A stretch of 64,000 bases of DNA from Lama glama (GCA_028534125.1 CM052816.1:23748001-23812000); one strand, 5' to 3'; shown: positions 24,401 to 39,049, counted from the stretch's first letter. The notes: generated from the sequence alone by a model not told the origin. Translations and numbers: made by a program.

Positions 24401-27400
24401 TGTTCATCTACTCACATTTCAGTCGGTAAAGTGACAGGTATGGACCTCCTCAGACCTTATCCAAACACTCTTGAGACAAGAGTAGGAACAGGCAAATTAG
24501 GATTTTTCTGGAATTCTGGGAATTATGTAGACCAGACCCAGGTTTATTCAGAAATAATTGATACACTTATTAATCAATGTTAATTCCTTGGTCTTGGGAT
24601 TTGTTATAAAGTATTCAGGGTCAGCCTACGAACATAGCAAATTAATAGTGTGACCAGGAATACAGGGGAATGTGGTGTGAGAACAAGCTGGAATTCTGCA
24701 GGATTCTGAACGTAGTGGATTTGACACTTCCAAGAAATGTATAAGCAGTAATTTATTGAAAAAATTCCTCCCATTGTAATGTTCTTATCTAAAAGTAACA
24801 CGTGTTTATTATAAGATAATTAGAAAAATCAGACAAGGGAAAACAAGAAAGTGCAATTATTCATGGTTTCTATCCAGTCAGAATTAATTACTTTTAACAT
24901 TTGGATTAGACTTTGAGTCCTTCATTCTGCAACACATGCTATGCTTACAAAGAGTGGGATCTTTCCATTCTTACTGGAATCTACTGTAAGGATATTTCAC
25001 GTTCTGTAACATGAGATGTACTTACATGCTGCTTTTCCTTTTGGGTTATGTGCTACGTTAAATTATATTATGATTGTAATAGTTCCACTGCATGTTGTAG
25101 TAATGAGGTGGGCCTCTTCATTCTGTACAAGCGTATGATGTTTGTAAGGTTATTTCCTCTGTCTCACAGATGAGGAAATTTTGCTCAAGTCAAGCTTATG
25201 AGGGTATTAGGATGGAAGAGGAGCTCAATCTGATTCCAGACCATAAACGCAATTACAGTGCAGTTACGGTCTGCCATAATTATATTTCTTATTAGTTGAC
25301 ATTTAACATTTAAGGTCATTTCCAGGTTTTCTTTTCATTTTGTTAGTTTGTATTTTAGCAAAGCTGTGTTTAAAATCTATATAGATAAATTTATATCTTT
25401 GATTTTATTCTTAGGGTATATCCTAGAAATGTAACTGTTGAGTCATTGAATATGTGAACATTTAAACCTTTTTGTATGTTCTGTTCATTTCCCTCTAAAA
25501 GGCTTTTTATTATTTATCCCGTGGTATTGTGTTTTGAAAGTCTTCCTCATTCCCATATCTCACAAATATCTATAGTTTTTTCCTAGTGCTATTGGAATGT
25601 TATTTATTTTATTTTTTAACCACAAGTTAGAGTTTATAGGAGGGTAACTAAAATAAATTTATTTATAAATATTTGCTTATTTGTCACGTATCTGCTGAGT
25701 TTTTTTTAAGTATGAGGCTAAGTACTTGGAGCTCAAGTTACAAATACAAACAATGAATGCTCCCTATTAATAAGAAGCGAACGACCTATTTAAAGACCAG
25801 AGCTAGCCCTCTACTTAAATACTAAAGTAAAATAAGGCACAGTAAATACTGTGAAGGGAGTAGGAGCAAAATTAGGTGATCGCTCAGACGTGCTTCCTGA
25901 TGAAGGGAGAGTTACAGTCGTTCCGGCAGTTAATCCAAATGAAAAAAGCAACTCATTAGAATGGAAAAACCCGTATTGGACTAATTTCCTGTATCGATAT
26001 TGTTAGATGTAGCATGATGGAATCTTATGCTGAACGATATTATTTAAACTACAAAATTAATTGGAGTTAGCACCGTCACTGAACTGATGTTGTTTTATGG
26101 AAAGATGTCTCCCTTTGTCCTGCACTCAGAAGATTTAGTGAGAATGAATTATAAGGAACAGAGAGGGCACATCACCAACCGCAGATGTCAGACTCACGCG
26201 CCCGCACGAGCACGCGCGCACACACACAGACAGTGCTGCACTCCTGACGCCGTTAAGAACGTTTTATAACCTTCCACAGTCTGAGCTAAACTTAGCCTTA
26301 AATGGGCATCCGAGAAATACCAGAAGATCTGTGGGAACTATAATTTTTTGGCAGTAGCTCAGAAGACATCCTTATCTTAAATGCCATTAAGCACACAAGA
26401 GAAGGAAAATGAGAGGGAAAAAGCAGGCAGTGGAAAGTGGAAGGAAAAAGAATGAAGAATGATAGAAAAGGGAGAGATAAAACTAAAACTCAGAGTGGAG
26501 AGGCTGGGCTGTATGAAGGACGGCTCTAAGTTTGGTTCATTGATTGATCTGATCTGGGAGAGGCCCGGCCCTCCGCTTCTCACTCCTGCATTTAAGCCTC
26601 TGCTCTTTAGATCTGTGCAGTGAGATCGAGTGTGTTGGCAGCCTGTTAGACCCTGATGCTTTATTTATAAAACTCCTTTGAACTAAAGCAAGGAGTATTT
26701 TAATTTATTCCAGCTCTAAGTGCCCTTATTTACATATTTCTTTGGTTTTGGTTTATCTACTTAGAGGCAGGGAAACATGCAATACAAAATTAAAATATTC
26801 AAATATTTTATATTTGTGTAACTCCATAAATGTTTTCCTTTTGAAACATCAGGTCTGAAGACATTAAAAGTTTAACTGGTATGGAAACTGGGTGAAGCTC
26901 CCCCCTACACACGTAAATTAAATATAATGAAATGTTACATGATTTAGCCAAAAGCAATAAATAATCAAATGTGCCTGTGTGGGGAGAGAGGGTTTATGTA
27001 ATATCATCGTATATTTCAAAGATCTTAAATACTAAAAATTTCAAAATAATATGTCTCCAGGGGTTTCAAATAAAGGATCATGGACATGCAGTTACCCCAC
27101 ATTAAAAGCGATACTGTATTAAGCTCCTGACACTTAATAGGCAGTGCCTGGTATATGGTAGACATCTACTGAGTGATATTTGTTGTATTTTAGGAACACA
27201 GGGAATAGCCAGGATCAAAACTTAAGTTAATTAAACTTATTAAGACCTGTATGACCTTGGAAATGTGATTGCCCTCTCTGATCTCTGTTTCTGTATGTAC
27301 AGCAGGTGTCTACTGTGTCGATCTTGAATTATTTTTGACACTTAATACGATACCTAGCTCTCAGTAAAGTGATAATTATTGGTGTGAATCTCTTTTAACT

Positions 27401-28933
27401 GAACTCCCCAGTTATCAAAAAGATAGATATGGTGGCTAGCTATTGACGATGGAATATTCAAAAGTGGAATTTCAAATAAGGAATAAAAGGATTCTGTCAC
27501 CTATTTAAGTCATAAAATTAAGTTTAATGCTGTTTTTATTGAGAATGTAAGGATTCAGAATAAATAGCATATTTTAGAACGGGTCACATTCCTGGTGTGA
27601 GAATTAATGAAAGATAAAGTGCCTAACCAGTGTCTGGCACAGAGTAAGGGCTAAATAAATAATAAGCCATAATTGTGAAAAGACCAGATATGAAATGCTC
27701 TCTTTAGACAAAATTGTCTACATAAGGTCTTGTTCCAAGCATTTCACAGTGTAACTAATACATATGTGGAGTTTATCTCACTCAGGTGCTTGCATATTGC
27801 CAAGTCTAGTAGGAATTGCTCAGAGGGTCTTCGTACAGTCCAGAGAATAGTTTCTCTGTGAAACTTTCCTTGACCACCACCTGCCTCCCTGCCTTACCTT
27901 ACTTTTCATGCAAAAATCAGGCTGCTTACTTTCTCAGCTGTGAGCCTTTTAAGAGCAGAGATTTTTATCTTAAAATGCCTTTATGTTCCTGCTGCTCCAT
28001 GCAGTGCAATACATAAAAGGCAGGCTGTATATTCATACATACACATATATATATAAACAGCAATTCCAAGTAGAAAAAATAGGGTTTTAAAAGTGCAGAC
28101 ATAGTAAAGGTCCTCAGATGTTTGTGGATGCTTATTCATAGCGAAAGGAAAGAGTAGAAGATGAGGCTGGAAAAACAGGCTTGGATCTTAATACACGAAG
28201 TCTGAAATGCCAAAGTCACGAAGTTGCCCTCTATTCAGGCAGGACTTCTAAACTTGAAAGGAGTTCTCTACAAAGGTTAATTTGGAATGGAGAGTGGAGA
28301 GGCTGAAGGCAGAGACACCATTCAGAAGAACTCACTGCATGTCAGGTAGATAATAGCAATGAATCTATTATGTTTGCATAATTTTTTTCAGTCAGAGTAT
28401 GATTTATCTATGCATAAAGTAGAATAGTATCAGTATTAACTGAAATGGAAAATTATGTAATATTGGAGATTATGGTAAGTGTTTTAGAGGAATTAATACT
28501 TAACAACAACCCAAAGGTATCATTTTTTAACGTAATACTGCAAATGAGAAAACTCAGATAAAGCAGTTTGCTCAAATTCACTCACCTAATAAATGGAGAA
28601 AGTAGCATTTGAACACAGTGGTATAACCTCAGAACTCACACACTTATCCACAACTTTATTTTGAGTGAAACACAAAATTGCAAAAATACTACATTTCTTC
28701 TCTTTAGAAATACATTGTGCATTGTTCAGCATGAGAATGATAACAAGGTACATTCCAATTGAATGAAAGAGATGGCCTGCTATGTCTATATTCTTTTGTT
28801 ATCTGGCCTAGGGTAATCTTTCTGGTATATGAATTTCTGATTATACCCCTGAATGTATATACCCAGAGTTTCTTTATGTATATGATCTTCTAAAATATTA
28901 ATTCAGAACTCATAATGCTGAAAACAAATCCAA

Positions 28934-31900
28934 GACTTCTGTTTCCAGCCAAGAGGGACTAACAGGAACCAGATTAAATGTCCTTCCTGAGAAGAACTGA
29001 AAAACAGAATAAAATAAATGAAACAGTGGTCTTCAAGATATTGGACATCAAGTAACAAGAGAAAGTAATCCTTGAAAGAAGTACTCTGCTAGATTTTCCA
29101 AGCTTCCTGCTTGAGACAGTTTTTCCAGGCTGTACTGTAGGCAGAGAGAACCCAGGCATAGCCTGACAGGATCTTTAAATTGAGAAAATTGAGGTGAGGT
29201 ACTGGGGAGACCAAGATGGCTAGAGTTCTCAGGACAGAATACTGGAGAGGACAGAGCTGTATGCAGGAAACTCTAGAGATCTACAGAGGTCTTCTCTCAA
29301 CTTTCCAGCAGAATACTGATCAGCATATGCATGTGAGGAATCTACCAGAGTCTAGAGAAGGAATCACTTAAAAAGATTAGAAGGTATAGCACTCAGAGTA
29401 CACACATGTCCAGAAATACTGCCTTCCCCTCAAACCAGAACGGAGAACCACACAATCTGTGGGACAGTGGTCAGAGCACTCAGAAGTGCCCTGCTTCAGT
29501 GGTGGGGAATAACCAGCCATAGACTAAATGCTGCTCTGGTCCTTATGAATAAATCTTGAAAGCAACATCCAGAAGGATCCAAGAAAAAATTCAACAATAT
29601 TAAAATAATACAAAAATACTAAACACTCAATAAAATAAAACCCACAATATAGGGCATCAAATGAAATATTATTGATCAAAAATTTCCTGCAAGTAAGTAG
29701 GAGAGTATGGTTATAGTGAGAAATATTAGTAAATCAAAATTCACTCAGAACCTATACAAGATGTTAGAATTAGCAGACTAGAAGATTAAAAGTTATTATA
29801 AGATTATTACATATACCCATAAAGCTAGAGGAATGAGTCAAAATGTTAAGTAGGATATGGAATCCAAATTTAACTTTTTAAGATGAAAACTGCAATGTCC
29901 TAGGTGAGGATTATTCTGGATGGGATTAATGGCTGGTTAGATATTGTAGATGAAAAGATTATAGTGAACTTGAAGCCATAACGGTAGAAATTAGTCAAAG
30001 TAAAATATAGAGAAAAAAGGCTAAAAATTACAAGAAAGCATCCGTGAGCTTTGTGACAACTTCTGGTGAATTGCATACCTGTAATTGGAATTATCAAGGG
30101 AATGGAAGGAAAAATATATTTGAAGAAATAATGGTAATAAATTTTACAAATTTGATGAATGTTATAAGCTGACAGAATGAAGAAGATAAAAGAACCCTAA
30201 ACAAAAGAAACTGGAAGAAATTATATCAAGGGACATCATAATCAAATTGCTCCAAACTAGGCACACAGAGAAAATCTTACAAGCACCCAGAGGGGGAAAA
30301 AAGACATGTTTTATACAGAAGAAAAAAAGATAAAGATGACAACAAATTTCTTCTTACAAGCAGTGCAAGCGAAAAGACAATGGAACAGCCTATTTAAAGT
30401 ACTAAAATAAAAATTAAAAACCCACCTAGAATTCAATATTCAGGAAAATGTCTTTCAGAAACAAAGGCAAATTAAAGCCTTTTCAAGCATATAAAAGATG
30501 GAAAAATTCGTTACCAGCACATCTGCTCTGCAAGAAGTGTCGCGGGCAGCCCCTCAGGCAGAAGAAAAGCGATGCCAGATGCAAGTGTAGATCCACACAG
30601 GGGATGAAGAGCATCAGAAAGGTAACTATGGGTAAATATTTAAGTTTTTCTCTTAGTTTTTAAATCTCTTTAAGAAGCAATCGGCTGCTGAAACAAAAAA
30701 CAGTTACAGTGTTCTGTGGAGTTTATAGCAGATGTGGTAGTAGAATATATTAAAACAATGAAGCGAAGGCTGGGAGAGTCATACACTGTTAAGTAGTGTA
30801 ATATGGCTTGAAAATAGACTTTTGTAAGTTAAAGGTGTGTGCTCTAAATCCTCAAGCGGACTACTAAAAGTATAGTTATAGCTAAGAAGCCAACAAAAGA
30901 TGGTAAAATGGAATAATAAAAAATAAAAGAAGGCAGTAAAAGAGGATTAAGAAGACAAATAATAAATGGACAATTGGAAAACAACAGAAAATGATAAGAA
31001 TTCAATGTAGCCATATCAATAATTATTTAAATATAAATAGTCTCAATACTCCAATTAAAAGGCAGAGATTCTTAGGATAAAAAAGCAATTTCCAGTTATA
31101 TGCTGCCTATTAGAAACCTATTTTAAATAAAAGATACTGAAAGATGAAACATGAAAGAGTAGGAAAATAAATACCTGGCTAATACCAATCAAAAGAAAGC
31201 TGAAGTGGCTAAATTAATACCAGACAAAGAAGACTTCAGAGCCAAGACGAGTATCAAGCATAGAGAATGTCATTTCAGAATAAGTCAATCAAGAGGATAT
31301 ATCAATTCTAAACATTCACATACCTCATAACATAGCTTCAAAATACATGAAGTATAAACTGATAGACCTGCAAGGAAGACTTGACGAATCCACAGTTAGA
31401 GTTGAAAATTTCAGTACCCCTTTCTCAATAATTGATAAGTAGATAGGAAATCAATAAGGGCATAGAAGACTCAAACAATACTGTCTATGGGCTTCACCTA
31501 TTTGGTGTTTATAGGATGCTCTACCATACAGCAGCAGAAAATACGCATTGTTCTCAAGTGCACGTGGAACGTAAACCAAGTTTCAGTAAGTTTAAAAGGA
31601 TTCAAGTTATGCAAAGTGTCTTCTCCGAAGTCTGCAATGGAATTAAATCAGAAAGCAACAACAAAAAGATCTCTGAAAAATATTCAAACGTTTAGAAACT
31701 GTGTGACTCATTTCTGATATCCATGGATCAAATAAGACATCAAGAAGGAAGTTAGAAAGCATTTTGAACTGAATGAAAATGAAAACACAGTATATCAAAA
31801 TTTGTAGGATGCCACAAATATCTACACATAAGTAGAGAGAAAGTTATAAACCTAAAGGTCTTTATTAAAAGAAGAGAAGTCTCAAATTAGTGACCTCAGC

Positions 31901-33400
31901 TTTTTCTCTAAAGAACTGGAAGAAAAAGAACAAATTAAACCAACGATAAGCAGGAGAAAAGAAATAATGAGGTTCACAGTAGAAATAAATGACGTAGGAA
32001 ACAGAAAAAGTGGAAAAATCATTGAAACCCAAAGTCGGTTCTTGAAAAGATCAACAGAATTGATAAACCTCTATCCACACTGTTAAGGAAAAAGCAAAGA
32101 CATAATTGATCAGTACCAAGAATAGGAGAAGTAACATCACTACAGATTTTATGGATAATAAGTGAATAATGAGGGAGTACCATGAACAACTTTAAGCTAA
32201 TAAAAATGAAGTAGACAATTTCTTGAAAGATGTAAATCAGCAAAGTTCACTCAAAAAGAAATAAGTAACATGGATTGCCCTATATCAATTAAAGAAATTG
32301 TATGTGTAGTTAAAAACCTTCTTACAAAGAAAAATCCTTAGATAACTTCATTGGTAAATGCTACCAAACATTTAGAAAAGGAATAGGAGTTTAGGCTTTC
32401 CAACTCATTCTATGAGGTCAAATACCTTGATACCAAAACCAGGAAAGGCATTTCAAGAAAAGAAAATAACATGCAAATATATTTCATGATGCAGAATTTC
32501 TCAACTTTATTTTAGCAAAGAGCACCAACAATGTATTGAAAGAGCATATCTAAAAACAAATTGGGGTTTATCCCAGGATATTTATCCCAGAATAAAAAAA
32601 ACGTCAATGTAACATACCCTATTAACAAATTTTTTAGAATCATATGATTATCCAAATAGATGAAGAAAAAATATTTAGCAAAATCCAGAATCCGTTCCTG
32701 AAACTGTCTGCAAACTAACGAGCAAAACAGAACTTCCTCAGTGTGGTAACAGGGCATTTCCAAAAAACCTATAGCTAACATCACACTTAATGATGAAAAG
32801 CTGAATTCTTTCTCCGTAATATCAGTAACGAAGGAAGGATAGTGACTCTCACCACATTGTACTGTTTGGCTCTAGCGAGGTCAGTAACATAATAAAAGAA
32901 AGAAAAGACATACAGATTGGAAAGGGAGAAGTAAAACATGTTTTGTTCACATATGATATCATTGTCCTGAGTAACTTTATCAGGGTTGCAGGACACGAGA
33001 TCAGTGTACAAATGTCAGTTGTATTTCTGTATCTAGCAGACATCAGTTGAAAAATCTAAATTAAGAAGTTATTGTTTACAGTACCATAAATAGCATGAAA
33101 TACTTAGGGATAATTTTGACAAAAGATGTGCAAGGCCTGTGTACTGAAAACTATAAAACTTTGCTGAGCAAAATTAATGAAGACATAAGTTGGAAAAATA
33201 TAATATGTACTTAGATTGAAAGACTCAGTATTGTTGGATGCCTCTTCTCCCCAAATTAGTTGGTAGACTCAACACAATCATGATGAAAATCGCAGAATTT
33301 TGAAGAAATTGAGAAACCGATTCTAAAATTCATAAGAAAATACAAAGGAACTGGAGTAGCTAAAACAGACTTGGAGAGGTACAGTTTGGCGGGGCTTCAC
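28934..33400 (+). mobile_element. Ancient L1 (L1MC/MD-like): 5' UTR, decayed ORF1, most of ORF2; 3' end missing
   Basis: 5' gacttctgtttccagccaagag; ORF1-like gaaaatgtctttcagaaacaaaggcaaattaaag; ORF2 endonuclease start tcaatactccaattaaaaggcagaga (~31040); RT-region remnants; many stops and indels. Confidence 0.88.
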
Positions 33401-33419
33401 TTCTTTCCCCTTCGTATTT

Positions 33420-34200
33420 TTATAGATACAGCCAGTTGTTTTCTGGCATTGAATGTGCTCTGAAGAAGTCTAAATCTAACCTGATTTCCCCTCCTTTCTA
33501 AGATTACTTGCTGTTCCTTTCCAGGTACATGAACAATTTTTACTCTGTAATTATGTGTATCACTTGTTCTATACAAGTTTTAGTGACAATGATGTGATCA
33601 TCTTATCTGGAATGTTAAGGCCAATTCTTTCTGTTACATCTTTGGATAGTTTTTATGCATCATTTGTTAGGTTCTTTATTTCACATATATTGACTTTTTT
33701 TTAGATGTTTGATCTGTTATCTGCTCTTTAAGTCCTTTGATCACAATAATTCTGTTTAAATTGTGTCTGTTCTGTTTTGCCTTTTCCAATTAATGTAAGG
33801 GTTTTATAATTAGGGGAGGTGTTTTCATTTTATCTTCAATTTGTTTCTTTTGCTTAGAAGCTTTCCTTTTATTTGATGCTTTTGTTTTACTAACTAGGCT
33901 TTGCTGAGCCTTTTTATTACTAAATTTACCTTTTTATGTCATTCTTAACAGATACTTTTGTTGTGCAAAGAATTCATGCACAATTATCTTCTGTTCCCTT
34001 GATGATTCTTTTTTCTTGTAATATTAGTAATATTCTTGTTTTCTTGATCTGCTTTGTGTTTTAAGAAAAAAATTAATTATAGTGTATTAGGTAGTTCCTG
34101 TCCCATTTCTTTTTGTCTTCTGCTTGCTTAAAAGCAGTCTCTCCAGAGCTTCTATTTGCACTAACTTGGTAAAAGTGAGTTTTCCTTTTCTCCCTTCTGC
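33420..34200 (-). mobile_element. Very old HAL1/L1ME ORF1-like fragment
   Basis: T-rich antisense tgaagaagtctaaatctaacctgattt...; weak recognition only. Confidence 0.45.
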
Positions 34201-35689
34201 AATTACCTAGGAGCTGTCTTCCTGTCCTTGCTCCTGTTTGAGAGCCAGGAATTCAAGTACTTTACGTTCTGAGCCCAGAAGAGGTGAGGAAGATGTCAGC
34301 TGGGATCTGGGCAGCTCTGATTAAGGGACCTGTGCTCTGCACTTCCTCAGGGCATTCTTTGCACGGCGTGTGCCAGGATCACTCTCCGTGGTTACGGGAG
34401 TGTTCTCTTTTCAAAGAGAATGTCCTTGAAATTTGGATGATTTCTCCCATTTCAGCTGCTGTCCCCTGGTGCGCCTTTGCTTTCAGAGAATCCTGCTCGG
34501 TGCTGGCTTTGCCCATTGGCCCCACCATTTCTCCAGTGGTCATCCCTCCTCCCCATTGTGGTCATAAGGGGCTTCAGTCCAGCTTCCTGCTCCCTGAGAA
34601 TCTTTTTTCCTTATGGTCCCTGGGTCTCCTCTCCTGTTGAATACTGGGGATAATTGACCCTGTGTGGTAAGGATCATCCTGCCTTCACTGTCTGGTTTCC
34701 TCCCATCTTTAGAGATCACAGTAGCTGGTCCTCTCTGTTTTTCTGCTTTCTGATGAGGTACTATGTTGGTAGGTAAGGACTTGTACTCCTCCAGACTTCG
34801 CCTGACTTCTCCATCAGCTGAACTCACACTCAGCTCTCCAGTGAGACTCCTCAGGATGTCGATGAACCATTCTCATTCCCTGTATTATTTTGGGAAACAG
34901 TCTTCTATTTCATTCCTTGGCTGCCATTTTCAAATGCTGTGGTGGGAGTTTGGGCCTGTTTCCTACTTTAGGTGGTGGGAATGAATTTATTTTTTTTATT
35001 AGCTTTTACCTTTTTTCGGTTGCTGTTTATATTAGCTATGGGAAAGAGAAATCCCACGATACGGTTTCAGTCTTCTGTGTGTTCCAGGAAGTTGATACTA
35101 CATTTAAAATTTTTTGACCTGAACTCAATCCAGAGTCACTCAGAAACCCAGGTATAGGGGTTTCTGATAGAAGATGATACGATTTGTGACACTGCAGTTG
35201 ACATTCACAAGTTAGACTGTGGTGGCTTCTTAAGGACACACTACTGAACCAAGAACTACTGGTTCTGTGGGCGCCTCGTCTGTGGGTTAAAGACTGTTTG
35301 CCGTGACCATACTTAGTGTCCGGGTTTAATGCATGTGAAATTCCTCTACGTGGACAAAGCTGAATGTTTGTGAATGTCTTCAGCTGATTCAGAAATAGCA
35401 TACAAGGCACATTCCAAATTTTGAACATGACTGTTTTCAATCTTAAAAAGAAAAGAAAGAAAGAAGTGCTGAATGTCAGAGAGAGATTTTAGTTAGAATT
35501 TGACAGACTAACTGTGTTCTTAAGCAAGTCAGCTCCTAAGTAATTTCTCGTTTGAAAAGTGAGGATACTGGGCGAGATCACTGTTTACCTATCTTTGTTG
35601 GTCCTAAGAATCACCTGGTTTTTTTGGTCCAAAATATTGATTCCTATGTCTATACCTTGGAGACTCAAATTTAGTGCTCCGCGTTCAGT

Positions 35690-35880
35690 GACTTTCAGTG
35701 ATAGTTGCATAGTATCATTTCTAGGGAGCTTTTTAAAATCCTGACATTCAGGCTTCATCTCAGATCAATTACGTAAGACTCTCTGGAGCAGTGGGACCCA
35801 CATCCAAGCAGCAGAATTTATTTCTTAAAGTCCTCAAAGTAATTCCACTGTAAAGTGAAGTTTGTGGAACACTGGTCTAG
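35690..35880. mobile_element. MER5-like hAT-Charlie element
   Basis: gggagctttttaaaatcctga...cagatcaattacgtaagactctctgg...gtttgtggaacactggtctag. Confidence 0.6.
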
Positions 35881-38149
35881 CATGAGGTTGTCACAAAATA
35901 CCTCAGAATATTTTTACAATTAGATGTCTGATAAATTGTTTATTAAAATATCTTCAAGATTTTATCACAATTCAGTTTTTGCATTTAGAGCCCCAAATGA
36001 AGCCACTCTGAATAAAATTTACTACTGGGTTATTTTGAACAGATTTGTAATGCCTTAAAATTATTAAAATGGGCTTTTCCATTCTCTGATGTGCCAAAAT
36101 CGGATTTGAAGAGTCAACTTTATCTTAATGTTTTTTCCATGTCACAAATTTTTAAATCCCAGTGACCGCAGTAAGAAGCACATACTCCCTGCAGGGGGCA
36201 AGATTGAGCCAACAATGTTCATAATGGCTTCAAATCTTGGTTTGGTTACTAAGTGGTAAACTAAGAAATAATCCCAGTATACTCTAAAAATCGTAAGTAG
36301 AAAATGAAAAGCGTTATCTAGTTTTTTTTAAAGGAAAATCTCACTTGTTTGAAGTAACCGTATGACATCATATCTTGCTTAAACCCTGTAGCTTATTCAA
36401 TGATTACAGTATAGTTTTGTAGATTCTAGTGAGATTGCAGTAGTGTAGATAATAGATATACAAAGAGATACAACATTCCTTACTTTTCATATTTCTTTTC
36501 CTTTGTAATTCCTCTTTTTAGAATAACGACTGGCATTTCTTAACTATTCTTTTCTTACTACACTATCATGAATCTCCTATTGCTCATGACTCTGCAAAAC
36601 TGAGTAAGTATAGTTTATTTCCTTGCATTGGAGTGAGAGCCAAGGAACTCGATCTCTTTCTTGTGATTGTTTCAGGAATGATTTGTGAAGAAGGTGGTAT
36701 CTGAAAAGCTGTTTGATAAACAGACAGTTTGGAGGGCTTGGCTGGGGCTGGGGAATTCCACGCTGCCTTTTTCAGGCACACGCACTTGAGGAACAAACCT
36801 CGAGCCGGAACCAGACGAGATGAAAGAGCAGCTGAGCAGATAATGGCAAAGGAGATGAGACGGTGAGGAAGGTGCCTTGGGGAATCCCAGTTAAACGCAC
36901 AACTCTGTGTGAGACGTTTGAAGGGGTTTTGCTTTCCTTTTAAGTGTGATCAGGAGTTTGGGATGTTGCAGACACGGTGGCCAGATCCTCCGGTGATTTT
37001 ATGGTTCCTGTGGAGCCACGCAGGAACCACTTCGGTTATCCTCAGATTGGTGTGGCTTTGCGGGGTGACCTCGTCCTGGAATCCCAGAAGGAGGCAAATG
37101 TGCTCTGCCCTCGGCAGTCCCATTAATGTCTCCAACACAGTCTCCCCACTCTGGGCTTCTCCCGCCATCTGATGGTCCTCCTCAGGGCAAAGGGTCAGCC
37201 TTTCCTTTTGCTTTAAAATCTCCCTAACAGGACTCTTAGGTCTTATCCTCTTCCTTTGGGTGCTAGCTCCATGGCCAACTTGGTGCCGGGTGAATGCTGG
37301 AAAGGGAGAGATTGCTTGAAGCATAAGGGGTTCTGAAGTATGAGTTAATTCACAACGTATACTCCGATATCTGTATATTCAAAAGTTGCTGCAAATGCCT
37401 GATAAGTATTTCCTATTATTTAATTGCTAGAATTATGAAGCAAATCCATCCAGCCATTCAATTAAAAGCTATTAGGATAGTCTGTGTTACTGAAGTGTCA
37501 CTTTGCAAGGGATCTTGAAATATAGCTCTCATCCTATTTGCTCCCCAAAGAAACAATAATGAACTAGATCTCTCGTTCTCTGAACACTGTACTGAAGAAC
37601 TTTGTAATAGGAAGTGTAGAATTCTGGATTGCTGTACTGTGAATTACCCTGCCTAGGGGCTGCAGTGGCCGTGTCCCGTACTCAGCGGCTCTGGGTGCTT
37701 CAGGCCATCTTGCTGCCTGACAGAATGACACTAAAGCAAAGCCTTAAACACAGAAGTTACTTCACAAGTAAGCACAGTAGTTCCTGACTCAGGGCATTTC
37801 TGAGAAGTTTGGAGTGAACTATCAGACCCTCTACTTTATTCCGCATTCATTTTGTATTAGATTTATGGTGATTACCAAACCAAATCTAGGAAATTCCACT
37901 CACAGTTCATAACTGTCCAAGAAAATCTGGCCCACAAATCTCTGAGGATCTGGAATTTTGTGAGTGTGCTCATCTGTAACACACACACATTATCATATGT
38001 TACGTTTTCGTGTCTGGTGTCTGGTGTCCTAGGTGCCAACATCAGGCTGATAATCAGCATAAGTCGAAGCAAAGAACCTTGCCTACTTTACGCTCATTTG
38101 TTGAAGACATTTAGGAAAGGGCATCCCAAAATGTCTAAAAATAATTGTA

Positions 38150-38780
38150 CAATTTGTTCTTTTTTTTCTCCTTTCTTTTATGGGATTATCTTTCTACTTA
38201 TTTACATCATTTTTAATTTTAATGATGCTTTGTAGTTTTGAGAGTATAAATTTTATACTTCTTTTGTTAAATTTTTTTCAGTTTATTCCTGAGTGTTTTA
38301 CTTTTTGATGCTGTTGTAAGTGGAATTGTCTTCTTAGCATCACTTTTTAACTGTTTGTTGCTAGTGTACAGAAATACAATTGATTTTTGTGTAATGATCT
38401 AGTATTCTGCAACCTTGCAGAACGTATTCATCAGTTCTACCATTTTTTGTGGATAATTTAGGATTTTATATATGCATAAGATCTTGTCATCTGCAAGTGG
38501 AGATAGTTTTACTTCTTTCTTTCTAATAGACATGCCTTTTATTTCCTTTTCTTGCTTGGTTGCCCCAGCTAGAACCTCCACTACAGTGTTGAATAGAAAT
38601 GGCAAGAGCGGACACCTTCGTCTTATTCCTGTTGTTAAAGAATAAGAAAGAAGCCAGTCTTTCACCCTTAAGTGTGATGTAGCTGTGAGTTCTTTTGTAG
38701 ACGGCCTGCTACAGGTTACCTTCTGTCATAAAGGGTTGAGGAAGTTCCCTTTCATTCCTGCCTTCTAAAGTGTGTTGTCA
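38150..38780 (-). mobile_element. L1 ORF2 reverse-transcriptase fragment
   Basis: ORF 38399-38665(-) reads [52 protein letters not shown], a degenerate L1 RT QGCPLSP...FADD segment. Confidence 0.92.
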
Positions 38781-39049
38781 TGAGCGTAGACCAAACAAAG
38801 ACACACTTATTCAAGAAGACCTATTAAATCTAGGCAAGAATAGCAAGGGTCTGTGTCACTTGGACCGCAACTTGCTTCCTCCTTCCCCGTCTGTCAGCAC
38901 AGTGTAATGGAAGCCCCAGTCCAGGCAGGCATGGCGAGTAACATGGGGCTCCCTCTGCCCCTCAGTTCTCAGTCAAGAGCTAATGATGTCTCCCCAGAAA
39001 GGACAGCTGCCAGTATTTACAATGTACATAGCAATGTATGTACATGGTA

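Noticed and set aside
30448..33043. Short ORFs inside the large L1
   Set aside because: Fragments or off-frame reads of decayed ORF1/ORF2; no intact coding capacity.
33505..33530. Recursive splice site-like ttcctttccAG|GTacat in intron 5
   Set aside because: Regenerated donor is weak, it lies in T-rich antisense repeat DNA, and chance matches are expected.
38399..38665. Reverse-transcriptase-like ORF as a novel RT system or gene
   Set aside because: Degenerate L1 ORF2 fragment with flanking stops and frameshifts; ordinary fossil.
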